Shown here: positions 38,016-52,619 of the stretch, in pieces
Layout: each line of letters opens with the position of its first letter
Numbering within the stretch: position 1 is the stretch's first letter
Assembly: GCF_006345805.1 (NCBI RefSeq)
Contig: NC_043011.1
Span: 33,306,464 to 33,370,463, forward strand
Source of the DNA: Octopus sinensis
Lineage: Eukaryota
Direction of reading: 5' to 3'
DNA: 64,000 nt
Notes under the pieces: generated by a model
Database searches by the model: none
Told to the model about the DNA's origin: nothing
The model's input: only the letters and a program-made list of their open reading frames with translations
Made by a program: the position numbers and the translations under genes

Positions 38016-38234
38016 TATATATATATATATATATATTTAAATAATGAGGGAGATAAATTAATATTAATTTTAATATCAATTTAAAACCAGTAGTCCAGCA
38101 TACAAAAAATCTGAGAAATCAGAGAAAATTCTAATATATGTGTATATTGGCAGGGCAAGACTGCTAGGCTACCTATAGACGGCTGACTACCTATATATAT
38201 ATATATATATATAAAGATGAGAATGATATATATA

Positions 38235-38266
<32 letters not shown>

Positions 38267-38732
38267 GTTATTATTATTATATTTAATCGGCAGAACTTAT
38301 AAAATGATTTGAGGTCTGAGAGATTGTGCGTTTGTGTGTTTGTATCAGAAATTAGAAAGATACTCTTCAAACATAATACTGTAAATTTAAACTATTTATA
38401 TTACTACTTGCCAACATACAACATCATTTTCCTCAGGTTCAACTGTTTTATACACGCACACACACACGCACACACACACACTCACGTGTCAAATCCATTT
38501 ATGTTTTGCATTCAAAGATTTGTCATCTTGTAGGGTAGCTTTCTGTTTTGTATATGATGTGTGTGTTTGCTTGCGTCACTGTCAATTTATGGCTGGCTGT
38601 TCATTCCTCCATAGCTGTCAAGGATTGGATAGTTAATAGTTCAGCACTCCCTTCTTACTCAGTATCCTTCAATCTTCCTGTTTCATCCTCTCCTTTTTTC
38701 TCTCCTTTTCCCTCTTCTCCCCCCTCTCTCTG

Positions 38733-38794
<62 letters not shown>

Positions 38795-39464
38795 ATATAT
38801 ATATATATAATATATATATCATCATCATCATCATCAATATGATGTGGTGAGCTGGCAGAATTGTTTGCACTCAGGACAAAAATGCTTTCATGTCATTTGA
38901 TCCGATTCTTTGATTCTTTACATTCTGATTTCAAACTCTGCTGAGGTCAACATTACTTTTTGTCCTTTCAGGGCCAATAAAAAAAAAATACTAGTTGAGC
39001 ACTGAAATTGATATAAGCAATTAACCCCTTCCCTAAAATTGCTGGCCTTGTGCCAAATTTTGAAACAATTATCATCAACATTGTTTTAACAGTCACCTTT
39101 CTGATGCTTGCATGGGTTAGAGGGAATTCATTGTGACAGGTTTTCTACAGCTTGATGCCCTTCCTGTTGACAACCTTCATCTGTTTCCAAGGAGAGGTGA
39201 TATTTTCCCCAATGGTTAGACATGTTTCTACGGAAGATTGGAAATAAATGACACTGCTTGTATGACGGGGATGCTCATTTACCCTATTGTGCAATGTGAA
39301 AGCAAGGAGACACATACACACCAGCAAAACAATGATATACACTCAGCCACACATAAACACATACAAGGAGTTTCTTTCAGTTCCCATGTTCATCTACCAA
39401 ATCCACTCACAAGGCTTTGGTCAGTTCAGGGCTTTAGAAGTCACTTGCTCAAGTTACCATGTAC

Positions 39465-39823
39465 CTGTATCTGTGGCGACATTCACCCTGGGCGGGTTGA
39501 GTCAGTTTCTTCTTTGGAAGAAGTTTCGTGGGAATATGTAGATTTCACAAGCGGTCCCCAACAATCCCACATGTAGAGACATCCTGTTTGCCGTAGATTG
39601 TCCGCAAACACAGGGACAGAACGACCAAGGAGCCGCCGGTTGCCGAAACAGACACTCCGAGAATTTTCATGAGAGCCCTGTCTGCCGGGTTGTGGCCCTA
39701 ATACCACTCGGTGTCAGACCAATCCGCCTTGGGTGGCCCTACCAGGAACCGAAGTTCCCTACGGTATAGCTCTGACACTACCCATTGCCAGCGTCCCCAC
39801 CAAGGTGAGGAGGGGATGGACTT
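39465..39823 (-). mobile_element. GC-rich RTE-type 5' leader fragment inserted in a family-A SINE
   Basis: Minus strand gagctataccg...ctggtagggccacccaaggcggattggtc resembles RTE/BovB 5' UTRs. The host SINE resumes on both sides. Confidence 0.6.
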
Positions 39824-40219
39824 TGGGAAATTGAACCCAAAACCATGTGATTGGGAAGCAAACTTCTTAACCACACAGCCATGCTTGTACTTAATATTAA
39901 TATACATTAATATAACAATGCGTTGAGCTCTTAGTGATTAGTTAATTATATATTGCAAAGAGGCGGCATTGTATGTCTTATAACTAGAACGCTTTGTCAT
40001 CGCCTTCCCATAGAATTAAAGCAATCTAAGCAAATTCGTTGGTGCACACTTCATGTCTTTTTATCTTTTACCTGTTACTTGTTTCAATCATTAGACCTTG
40101 ACCATGCTGGAGCACTGCCTTGAGTTTTAGTCAGACGGCTTTACCCCTGTACTTACTGTTTTTAAACCTGGTACTTCTTCTGTTGGTCTCTTTTGCCAAA
40201 GCACTAAAGTAAAGGGAAT

Positions 40220-40628
40220 TCTTTTACTTGTTTCAGTCATTTGACTGTGACCATGCTGGAGTACCGCCTTTAGTTGAAGGAATCAACCCCAGGGCTTATT
40301 CTTTGTAAGCCTAGTACTTATTCTATTTCTTTTGCTGAACTGCTGAATTATGGGGACGTAAACACACCAACATCAGTTGTCATGTGATGGTGGGGGACAA
40401 ACACAGACACACAAACATATACACACACACACATACACACACACACACATACACACACACACACACAACAAGCTTCTTTCAGTTTCCATCTACCAAATTC
40501 ACTCACAAGGATTTGGTCAGCCCGAGGGATGTTGTAGAAGACATTTGGCCAAAGTAACATGCAGTATTACTGAACCTGGAACCATGTGGCTGGGAAGCAA
40601 GCTTCTTACTACACAGCCACATCTGTAC
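40220..40628 (-). mobile_element. SINE family A (nested in an older copy)
   Basis: Family match. Confidence 0.8.
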
Positions 40629-40837
40629 CTATAGAAGTAAACACATCAACACCAGTTGTCAAAAAGTGGTGGGGGACAGACACAAAAACCCGGGATCTTT
40701 TCAGTTTCTGTCTATCAAATTCACTCACAAGGCTTTCATCCTCCCAAGGTGCTATGCAGTGAGCTTAAACCTGGAACCATGTTGGTAAGTAACAGTGCAA
40801 GTTAATGGTTTTCTATAAACTGCTGAATAATATAGCA

Positions 40838-41238
40838 GGTGCAGGAGTGGCTATGTGGTAAGTAGCTTGCTTACCGTCCACATGGTTCTGGGTTCATTCC
40901 CACTGCGTGGCACCTTGGATAAGTGTCTTCTACTATAGCTTCGGGCCGACCAAAGCCTTGTGGGTGGATTTGGTAGACGGAAACTGAAAGAAGCCCATTG
41001 TATATATGTTATATATATGTTTTTGTCTGTATATGTTTGTGTGTCTGTGTTTGTCCCCCCAACATCGCTTGACAACCGATGGTAGTGTGTTTACATCCCT
41101 GTAACTTAGTGGTTCGGCAAAAGAGACCGATAGACTAAGTACTAGGCTTCCAAAGAATAAGTCCTGGGGTCAATTTGCTCGGCTAAAGGCAGTGCTCCAG
41201 CATGGCCACAGTCAAATGACTGAAACAATTAAAAGAGT
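40838..41238 (+). mobile_element. SINE family A
   Basis: Family match. Confidence 0.85.
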
Positions 41239-41644
41239 AATCATTTATAGCTACATGTCTGTGCCTATAACCATGCCCACACCTATAGCCACACCTACAT
41301 CAGTAAACAATTGTCCAGTGTTCTTGATCAACCACAATATCATTTCATAAGATTATAGAAAAACCATTAACTTGTTCTGACCCTTCATACGCTAATTCAA
41401 ACTAATTCAGTATACTATACAGTATATACTATAAAATTGAAAGATATGCTTACCGGTTCCCCTTTCTTCATAGATGATCATGACCAGTCAAAGGAGCATT
41501 AGGTTGGAATAATTTGTTTGAAATAATTTTGTTTTGATAGATTATTTGATTTAATATCTACTAATGTAGATTGTGTTGGTCTCCAGTATATTTAAATTCA
41601 TATCTGCAAACACACACGTATGTATGTATGCATGTATGTATGAT

Positions 41645-41785
<141 letters not shown>

Positions 41786-42290
41786 TGACACATACATATA
41801 CATTGACACATCTTGTAGTTTTTATTGTTTCAGTCATCGAACGATGGCCATACTGGAGCACCACCTTCAAGGGTTTTAATCAAATGAATATTGCCCCTAG
41901 TACTTATGTTTTCTCGTTTAGGTTCAGTACTTATTCTTCCATTTTTTTAATGTTTTGCTGGACCACTAAGTTACAGGAACATAAATAGGGATGTAAACAA
42001 ACCAACAAGAAGTAGTAGGGAGGTGAGGACAGACACAAAGACCCACATTTTGATATATATCAAATTCACTCACAAGGCATCGGATGACCTTGGGCTACAG
42101 TAGACATTTGCCCAAGGTGCCACACAGTGAGACTGAACCCAAAATGGATGCAAAATGAGCTTCTTAACCACATATCTTCTCTTGTGCCTATACAAATAAA
42201 TATACACTAACTCAAACACACACTAACATATTGATTTTGAATTTGTTTTGTTAGAATTTTCATATGAAACCATGTGCTGAAACCAATATT

Positions 42291-42321
<31 letters not shown>

Positions 42322-42596
42322 AAAGCCACATGTGAGAGAAAGTTTCAGAAATATTTTTTAAAAAATATACTAAACACTTTGTAGTAATTAATCAGGTCCC
42401 TTTATGCAGTGAATTTAAGTCTTATCATGGTTGAAATTTAATATTTTCCATTTTGTATGCCAAGCTAGAAATCAATATCCTATTTTTAATAGGACAGTAA
42501 AGTTGCCAGATATTGGTTCAGCAGGTTAAATATGCTCCAACAGTCTGCTAATCACATCAGCTTTTGCAGGATATAATTTGACTACAGCAGACACAA

Positions 42597-42633
<37 letters not shown>

Positions 42634-44508
42634 GGCACAGGCATGAATGTGTGGTAAGAAGTTTACTTCCCAACCACATGGCCTCAGGTTCAGTCCCACT
42701 ATGTGGCACTGTGGACAAGTTTCTACAGCTGGTTGCCCTTCCTAACACCAACTACTCCGTGAGTATAGTGGGTGCTTTTTACATACCACCAGCACAGGTG
42801 CCAGGGGAGGTTGGCAACGGCCACGATAAGTTGGTGCTTTTTACGTGCCACTGGCACAGGTATCACAACTACAATTTCCATTTGATTTTTATTTTGATGT
42901 TGATGTACTTGTCTCAATAGGTCTCCTCAGGCACAGCATGTTGCCCTATGATCCAATTCCTCTGATAAATTTAGTGCAGCTCAAACTGGTGAGAAATACT
43001 CAAAAGGAAGAAGAATGTTGTTTATATATATTATTTGAAAAACTTCTTAGGTAGGTGATATGGTTGTTGGGCAGAGCAAAACAGGTGAGATGAAACCATT
43101 TTGTATACTTGATAAACGTGGCATTTAAATTTGAGGCTAACAATAGACCAAATTCCTAGATAAGTGAATTTCTTTGCAAATGCAACAGGGTGATTAAGAC
43201 ATTTCATTGTTTGATGGCATTTGACCCAATTTCAAAGAGAATGAACCAACAGTTTTTTTTCTTTTTTGTCATCTTCATTTCTTTTCTTCTTTGGTTGAGT
43301 TGTTTAAAGTGTATGCCCCATTTACAAGCCCAGTCTGCAATATGATCTAAGCCATAGTTTTGTTACCTTGAAAGAACACCCTTAGACAAACCGGTGGTAA
43401 TAAGCATAGCAATGTCAGCATAAATTAAACCAACTTGATGGGTGTCAGAAGAAACCAGTTTATGAAGATAAACAAGAATATTTGTAAATAATAAAATAAA
43501 AAGAATAAAATAAAAGAAACAAACTGAGCTTCTTGCTTCTGTTATTATGCATAAATCATAAAATGCACTACTGATTTATAATCCTTTGAGTTTTATGAAG
43601 AAAGTTGTCTAACCATTTAAAATAACATTTACATATTCTTTAAGCAAGGCACTTTTGAATATCAACTGCAAGGAGTCATCAACATCACTTTTTCATGTTT
43701 GCATGGATCAAACAGAATTTGTTGAGGTAGATTTTCAATGGTTAGATGTCCTTGTCGCCAACCCTTATCTGTTTCCAAGCAAGGAAATATTTTTCTATAG
43801 CCAGACATGTTTTACATGGAAGACTAGAAACAATTATTGCTTGAATGATGATGATGCTCATTTATAACTATCACATGATGTTGAAGACAATGGTACACAC
43901 AAACACACATCTGGTGGCATGAAAAAGCACCCTGTAGACACTGTAAAGTGGTTAGTGTTAGGCAAGGCATCCAGCCATTGAAACCATGCCAAAGCAGACA
44001 TGGATCACACTGCAGCCTTTGGACTCAGCAGATTCTATCAAACTGTCCAAATGATGATGATGATAATGATGATGACTTGCTTTTCAATTTCTGTTGACAA
44101 AATCCATGCATGGTACTAAAAGCAGCAGTCAAATTGAATAGTGTGGATGTAGTTTTTATTTACTTACAAGATGAGAGAAGTATTTTGGGAATAGATAGGT
44201 TGGATTGGTCAGTGGATGAGTGGTGAGATAATCGAAATTGAGCGGTGGAAATCAGATTATTAGAGCATAAAAAATCCGAAATTTTGCTATTGACTAAACT
44301 CTCTGGCAGTGTGTGAATGTTTGAAGTAACTGTGATTAGGCAGAAGCAATTTTAGTTGGATTTACCAGGTTTATTATTTTTGTAAAATGGTATAGCAATC
44401 ACTGTCTTCCATTTAGCAGGATTTTTACTTTGATTAATTGATTGGCATCTTAATACAAAGGTATTGGTGCAAACGTGACTGTGTGGTAAGAAGGTTACCA
44501 CCCAACTA

Positions 44509-45255
44509 TTGGGTTATCCCATGAATAATGCAGTTTTTTTATACTTCTTTTATTTTTCAAAATTAAGATAAAACAAAATTCTTTTTTAATCTAAAAGATA
44601 CTCTCCTTCATTTTCTATAATGCTCTTCCATCTATCTGGTAGACTTGCAAAGGCCCCTCTTCCAAAATTCACTTGTCCATGACAAAAAATATTCCTCCAG
44701 TACTGTTCTGATCTCGTCTACAGAATTCATATTTTTTCTGTCCAAATGATTTTGAAGACTGCAGAATAAATGATAATTAGATGGGGTAATGTCTGGTGAA
44801 TATGGTGGGTGGGGTATCATTTCCCATTCAAACTGCTCCAGGCTTTGGAATGTCATTTTTGATGTATGTGGCTGAGCATTATCCTGATAGAAGACCATCT
44901 TTCATCTTGAAACCAAAGATGGTCATTTTCTTCTAGTGCTGACTTAAGCCACTCAAGCTGCTCACAGTAGATCTCCTTTGTTATCGTTTGGTTTGGGTTT
45001 AAAAGTTCAAAGTGGACTAAACCTTTCATATCCCACCAAACAGATCTTCTTTAGCCTGAGGTGGCAGTGTTTTTCCTTTCTCCTATTCACTGTCTTCAGG
45101 GCTTAACATTTTTATAGAGAACCCATTTCTTGTCACCAGTCACTATTCAGTCCAAAAAAGGATCATTTGTGAGATGTGACAGCAAAGAAGAGCACACATT
45201 CACTCTCTGCACACGATTAGACTTGGAAAGTTTGTGAGGAACCCATTGACCTAAT
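44509..45255 (-). mobile_element. Mariner (DD34D) transposase relic, 5'-truncated
   Basis: Minus-strand peptides WVPHKL, IVTGDKKWVLY, QDNAQPH and HPPYSPDITPSNYHLF. TA plus ttgggttatccc terminal sequence. Confidence 0.88.
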
Positions 45256-45989
45256 TAGCTGACTTTTCTGGTGGCACACAGGTGTCAATGAATGGTTGAA
45301 TGACCAAATCCGAGCTTCTAGAGTTTATTTTAGAGTTTATTTCATTCTTGCAGATATTTGCAGATAAGAAATGAGTAGATTTATTGAGTCTAATATAATC
45401 ACAGTTGTTTTCTAATTTTGGCAAAATCAAAGCAGGAACTATCGCATTTATCAGATACATAGTTTCCAAGTTCTTGCCTTGTCAGCTTTTAGTTTAGCCA
45501 AAGAATTATTAGCTTAGCAAAAGAATTATATGTAAGCAATTAGTAGACTGTTTTCAATTAGGTATTGACCAGGAATGACCTCTGAGCATATTAAAATAGA
45601 ATGTTTTGAACTTATGCCAATTAAGTTACGCATTTTCCTCAGAAAGAATTAAATTCTAATCAATATAGGAGAATGAGTCATTTAGGACAAACCAATCCAA
45701 TTGTTTGCTGTTTGGAATTTTTGTGTCAGAAGATAAAATATCAGTGATTGAATTTTATTGGGCAGATGAACTAAAAATAAACACAGCCTGGCCAGAAGTA
45801 TAATTTATGGGATCAGTTAAGATCAGTATAATAAGGTGAGGTATATTAGTAATAACAAAGTTGAGGCCTGATGTAGTTATTGCCACTTGCATGGTAAAGT
45901 TGTCATTTCTGATTGATCATTGTCATTTAGAAACTCATGTATTCATGTATGCTCAAGAGAGGTGATGTTGGTAAAAGAGATCCAAATTT

Positions 45990-46485
45990 GTGATTTTCAA
46001 TTTGGTTTTCATACTTGGCCTCACCTATTTACATGAATATTTGGTAATGACTGAAATGGTACAATTGTGAATATGTGGCTGAAATGGAGTTTCATTGAAA
46101 GGTCTCTTGAGTAATATTACTCAACGGGTGTGTAACCTGGAGATCAAGGGAGTATCTCCAGATCAAGCTGATGCTTCTTAGCATTGAAAGGTCAATGCTC
46201 CAGACATGTAGTTAGCATGTTGCAAGAAAGAATCACAAGGCAGATTCTTCAAGCCAAGCCAACTGGCCAGAGGCCTAGGGATAAACCAAGAACAAGATGC
46301 TTGGATAATATCCTTAATCTCAGCTGGTCACACAAGGGGATCCAGCCAGAAAGTCCAATGACAATTGCTTCTGTTAAGACCTTATAGAGGGGGAAACTGA
46401 GAACTTCCACCTACCATGACTTTCTCAAGAGTAAAGGGTGGAGAAGATGGATGGACTGATGGATGGATGGATGGATGGATGGGTG
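45990..46485 (+). mobile_element. RTE LINE 3' fragment with (GATG)n tail
   Basis: HVVSMLQERITRQILQAKPTGQRPRDKPRTRCLDNI. Relative at 60100-60465. Confidence 0.7.
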
Positions 46486-46789
46486 GGAGGGGGTGTTTAT
46501 GTGTTTGAATTCTAGCTGGGCTGGAGATGTTACAAATGAAAAATAAGCATCATAATCTTCATCATTTTAACACTCACTTTCCCTGCTTGCATGAATCACA
46601 TGAAGTTTGTTGAGGCAGATATTTTATGACTGGATGCCCGTCCTGTCCTCTTTCAATGCAAGGACATATTCTTCCGAGTTCTTTCAACAGAAACAGCACA
46701 GTGGCCAGACACGACTTCACAGAAGATTGCTAACAACACTGCTTGTATGATTGTTGTTTGTTTACATATAACAGATGATGTGAGGAAAC

Positions 46790-46833
<44 letters not shown>

Positions 46834-47384
46834 TATCCATACAACAAACTTCTTTCTGTTTCTGAATATCAAATCTACTCACAAAGCTTTGGTTGGTGAA
46901 GGGCTATAGTAAAAGACACTTGCATATGGTATCAAAATCATGAGGTTGTGAAGTGAACTTCATAAGTCTTCAGCTATGCTTATAATATAAATATATACAC
47001 TGGCATATTTAGATATAATTCTTTTTTTTTTTTTTGAACAGTGGGTTTCAAAACTTATACAGCAACAAATAGTAGTGTGTAAATATTGAGCAGAAAATCC
47101 ATTTTGGATAGATAAAGTGAAAGATGCTTGTGAGCAGCCACATTTTTCTACCTAATATCTGCTTGCAATTATTCATAGCTTTATCAGCTTTGACACCCAC
47201 TCTACCAAAAAGAAATTATTTTGTGTTCGCTTGAAAGTTTATAAAATTTTTATGATACCAACCATATGTATGTTTGTTTGTATGTATGTATGAATAAAGT
47301 ACAATTATCTATGTATAATATAAATATATAGAAGTATAAATTATACCTTATTCATATTATATGCATTTTTATATATATCTCATT

Positions 47385-47594
47385 TACTCATTTACTTGTT
47401 TCAGTCATTTGACTGCAGCCATGCTGGAGCACCACCTTTAGTCGAGCAAATCGACCCCAGGACTTATTCTTTGGAAGCCTAGTGCTTATTCTATTAGTCT
47501 CTTTTGTTGAACCGCTAAATTACGGTGACGTAAACACACCGCCATCAGTTGTCAAGTGATGTTGGGGGGACAAACACAGACACACAAACAAACA

Positions 47595-47666
<72 letters not shown>

Positions 47667-47823
47667 CATATATACAACTGGCTTCTTACAGTTTCCGTCT
47701 ACCAAATTCACTCAAGGCTTTATTTGGCCCACGGCTATAGTAAAGACACTTGCCCAAGGTGCCATGCAGTGGGACTGGACCCGGTACCATGTGCAAGCTA
47801 CTTACCACACAGCCACTCCTGTA

Positions 47824-47825
<2 letters not shown>
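47385..47825 (-). mobile_element. SINE family A
   Basis: Family match. Confidence 0.85.
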
Positions 47826-47859
<34 letters not shown>

Positions 47860-49504
47860 CACACAAACACACATTTAATCCTTTAAAACTAGTTATACAT
47901 TAAAAAATATATAAATATTTAAATATTTGGATATATATTTATGTATATCTGTTATTAAAGTATAATTTCTTTCAAAGATCAAATGTGAGTATGTATGTAT
48001 GTATAACATACATAATATATAATCTGTACAAATATTAATATATATATAGATAATACTTGTAAACATGTACGCACATTTCTATTAATAAAGCATATTTCAA
48101 TAAAAAAAAAACATTCACTATAAGTAGCCTTAGATTAAACACAAAAGTACTAATCATAGTATATGTAGCACTGTAAGCGAAGGTTTGTTCTTTTTATTCC
48201 TTGACTTGTAATTCTCTTGAGTACAGAGATAATTGGTCACGCTTTATTTAATATGTCTAGGATATGAGTCAGGCTAGTCTTTCTGCTATCATATTATGGG
48301 TTTTTTTTAAAGCTTTTGTTTGTTGTGATAGTAAGTTTTTTTTTTATTTTTCAATGCCACCCTCCCTCCTTTTTTTATCTATGTAATTCTTTGAAAATGT
48401 CAACTGCACTATCCTTTTAAATCTCTACCTATCCTACACTCTTCCTATATATATATGTATATATATATGCATATATATATATATAGAACGTGTGTGTATG
48501 TGTGTATTTTAATCGTTTTCTTTCCCTTTCTTTATCAATGTCAGTCTGTCTCTTTGTTCTTTGCGAATAACTATTGTCTTTCTGCCTGTTAGCCATGTCT
48601 TGGGAAATATTCCAAGCTTAAGATAATTACATCGGTCTGCAACTGTTGTGTCTTCTTTCAGTGAATACATTCAATCTCGTTTAATGTTGCATAACGAATC
48701 GACAGAACCACAATTATTCTTCTTTCTTCCTCTCTCTCTCTCATTGACATAGATTTTAATTAGTTGACCCCAGGATGTCAGATTATTCATTAGTTACAAT
48801 AGTTTTGATTATCAGAACAGTCTCTAAACACATACATACACACACATTTGACCTTCAAGACAATGGATCTCCATAATACTCTACTGCTATTACTAGTACT
48901 GCTACTATTGACAGGAATGGTAGAATGTTAAATTAAACGATGCTCAATAATTTAAGTCATTAGATTCTGAGATCAGATCACTTTACAGTTGGCATTACTT
49001 TTTCTTCCCTCTGCGGAGGAGAGCACTTGTGCTTGTCTTCATCATCATTATCATCATTTTACGTCTGTTCTTTATGCTGACATGGGTCAGATGATTACAT
49101 AGGGTTTAATCAACTGGTTTTGGTGCTACTGCTCTCCTGGACAGATTACAGAACTACAAATCCCCTAGTCATCTCAAATTTGACATGGTTTCTATCACTG
49201 AATGTCCTTCCTAACACCAAACTCTTTAAGAGGCCTTACATAGGCCCTTTATCCCTTATAGTGCATAGGCCATGGATAAGTTTTTTCTGCTGTTCTCAAC
49301 TATTGGTTTTCTTTTCTGCTCATCTCCAGTTGGCAGTATCCACTCTCCAGCTATTTTTATGGCATCTCCTCTTTTGCCTCTCATGTTGAGTTTCCCTGTT
49401 GGTTTTGAATTGTCATTGATGCTTCTACAGTTATGCTTTTCTCTTGATAGGTGTTTGTCCTATGCAAACCTAATTTTACCTTTGGGAGAAGGTGGTCCAT
49501 GTTA

Positions 49505-49620
49505 AGTCTAGTCTCTATTCTTTGACCTGTCCAGTATAGGAGGCTCTACCAGGAACTTGTGCTCCACTGGCATAGATCTCAGGATCATTGAGGCATACAA
49601 GCCACCACACTACAACAAGG
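49505..49620 (-). mobile_element. RTE-type 5' leader fragment
   Basis: Minus strand: ccttgttgtagtg...tcaatgatcctgagatctatgccag...ctggtagagcctcc...ggacaggtcaaaag. Confidence 0.55.
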
Positions 49621-50113
49621 ACTGGACCTTATGATAGTTTATAAAGTGTACTGGATGCATTTTATCATGGCACCAGAACTAGAGAGGTTGTCAAGCCTTT
49701 GGCAAGACTAAGGCATCCATGGAACCTTATGTTGCTACTGCTTGATTCGCCAAACATTTTACCATGGTCCCAGAATCAAATCAGTTACTTTGAAACTTAC
49801 AAGACTAATGAGCTCCCAACTATTTCGGATACATATACATATATATATATATATATACGATGGGCTTTCAGTTTTCGTCTACCAAGTTCACTCACAAGGC
49901 TTTGGCCGGCCCGAGGCTATAATAGAAGACACTTGCCCAAAGTGCCACGCAGTGGGACTGAACCCAGAACTATGTGGTTGGTAAGCAAGCTACTTACCAC
50001 ACAGCCGCTACTGTGCCTATTTATTTATATATATATTATGTGCCTACATATGGAAGACATTGTGATGACATAAGCTGAGCTTAAGCCAGTGTATTAATAG
50101 GAATTAAAGGATG

Positions 50114-50144
<31 letters not shown>

Positions 50145-51390
50145 CATGTGCAAGGTATCTCATAACGAGGAAATTAACAATTAAAATATATTCTTCATTA
50201 TGTGACATCCTGTACATTGCCCTTGCTAGCTATTAATATAAATTGACACTCTATCAGTTATGATGACAAGTTTTCCAGTTGATCTGATTGAACTAACAGC
50301 CTGCTTGTGAAACTAACATGCAAGTACTTAAGCACTTAACAGACACACCAACCCCTAGCATAGTTCTCAGCGAGATTCAGCATGTCACAGAATATGACAA
50401 GACTGGTTCTTTGATATAATAATAATAATGAAATTATTGTATACAGTGCTCAGGTGCACCACAACTTCCTATCTCACCACCTTAATATTTCTGCATGATG
50501 ATGAAGAAAAAATAGAATCAAATAAACTGTTATTATATGTCTCTGCCAGATGTGTGTCAGATGGTGAGTTGTCGTAGTCATAAAATTCTTTTGACTTTAG
50601 CTGTGTTGCAACCATGACTAGTTACCGAACAAATTGTCTCTATATACCCATACTCTAGTGAAGGCGTGTGACTTATTGGTTAAGGTAATCAGCTCACAGT
50701 TGCAAGGTCATGAGTTCGATTCTTGACTGTGCATTGTGCCCTTAAGCAAGGAACTTTATTTCACATTGCTCTAGTTCAATCAGCTGGCAAAAATGAGTAG
50801 TACCTCTAATTCAAAGGGCCAGCCTTCACACATTCTGTGTCATGTTGAATCTCCCTGAGAACTACATTAAGGCAATGTGTGTCTGTGGAGTGCTCACCCA
50901 CTTGCATGTTAATTTCACAAACAGGCTGTTCCATTGATCCGACTAACTGGAACTCTTGTATTTCACAAAAGATGGAGTGCCACCCATACTCTCTCAAAGA
51001 AAAGATGCCAAAGACAAAATCATTAATGACATTCCATTATGCTGTTTATCCACAAATGTTTATGACTGGGATTTTAAAGAATTAAGCATCATGGGTCGAT
51101 TGCATTTTTGCCAGGCAGCCCAGCGACTGACAAACACAAGTTATTATGTTTTTTACCAGAAACCTGAATGGCTAATTGTTTGCTGATGTCATCAGTCCCT
51201 GACACACTTCGGTCAGCTATTTATAGTTATTTTCACATCTGAACACAGTGATTTTGGGTTCATTTCCTAGGCAGTGAAGTTGGTGGCTCAGACTCAGCCA
51301 ATATTCCTTCTACATGTTTCTAAATAAAACCTTATAAATTCAACTTACAATGAAAGTAAACAAAGTTTACTTTAGAAGCATTGAGATGTA

Positions 51391-51572
51391 TTGAAAGATA
51401 CAGAAATAATTTATTCTCGAACGTATGATAAATGCTAATACAATGGCATGAACAGGATAAACTATGCATATATTTTGGAAAAATTCTGCAATATAGGATA
51501 GTTTATCCTGTTCATGCTATTGTATTAGCATTTATCATACGTTTGAGAATAAATTATTTCTGTATCTTTCAA
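51391..51572. repeat. Long palindrome (~82-bp arms, ~15-nt loop)
   Basis: ttgaaagatacagaaataatttattctc... versus ...gagaataaattatttctgtatctttcaa, with few mismatches. Confidence 0.88.
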
Positions 51573-52619
51573 AGCTTTATTAAATTATAAACATATACTG
51601 TTTTAGAGAGAGAGAGGGATCGTTAAATTTTTAAATCTATATCAAACAACATTTTCCTCTTAACACCTGTTACAGTTGCAGTAACTAAACTTATCAGAGA
51701 GATTTTATTTAACTTAATTATAAACAGATATGTAAATACTGTATACAAACACTGCAATAATGCACCCAATGGAATTATATCTGGGATAGACTGAAAGCAA
51801 ATATTAACCACAGCCTATCGATAACTGACTGAAGCAGTTAGAAATAAATTATTCAGAAAGTACATTTAAATGCACTAGATCTTCCTGTAAACTCTCAAAT
51901 GCTAATTTATTCTTAATGCTTAAGGATTTCATCAGTTAGTGGTCGTTTGTGCATAATTAGCACAAATTATTTTAGCAAAAACAGTAGGAATTTTTGTTAA
52001 ATTGTTACTTAGAAGAAATTAAGAAATGTTGATGACATTTGCAGGCTCTATAAGGTTAGTGTGAAGATGCATGGCTCAGTGGTTACATCGTCAGGCTCAC
52101 AATCATGAGATGGTGAGTTGGATTTCTAGACTGGGCTGTGTTGTGTCACTCAGCTGTAGAAATGAGTTACAACGTCACTGGTGCCAAGTTGTATCGGTCT
52201 TTGCCCTTCCCTTGGATAACATTGGTGGCACGGAGAGAGGAGGCTGGGATACATGGCCAACTACTAGTTTTCCATAAACAAATTTGCCCAGACTTGTACC
52301 TTGGAGGGGAACTTTCTAGATGCAATCCCGTGGTCGTTCACGATCGAAGGGGGTCTTTACTCCCCCTTTTTTTTTTACTAGATTAGTGTGATTGTGCAGG
52401 TGTGGCTGTGTGATTAAGATGTTCACTTCTCAGTGACACAGTTTCAGGTTCAGTTTCACTGCATGGTGTCTTGAGCAAGTGTCTTCTACAATAGCCCTGA
52501 GCCAACCAAAATCTTGTGAGTGAATTTGGTTGATCAGAACTGGAAGAAGTCCAGCATGTATATGTATGTGCATATATGTGTGTATGTTAGCCTCTCATTG
52601 TTTTCACATCATGTATTTT

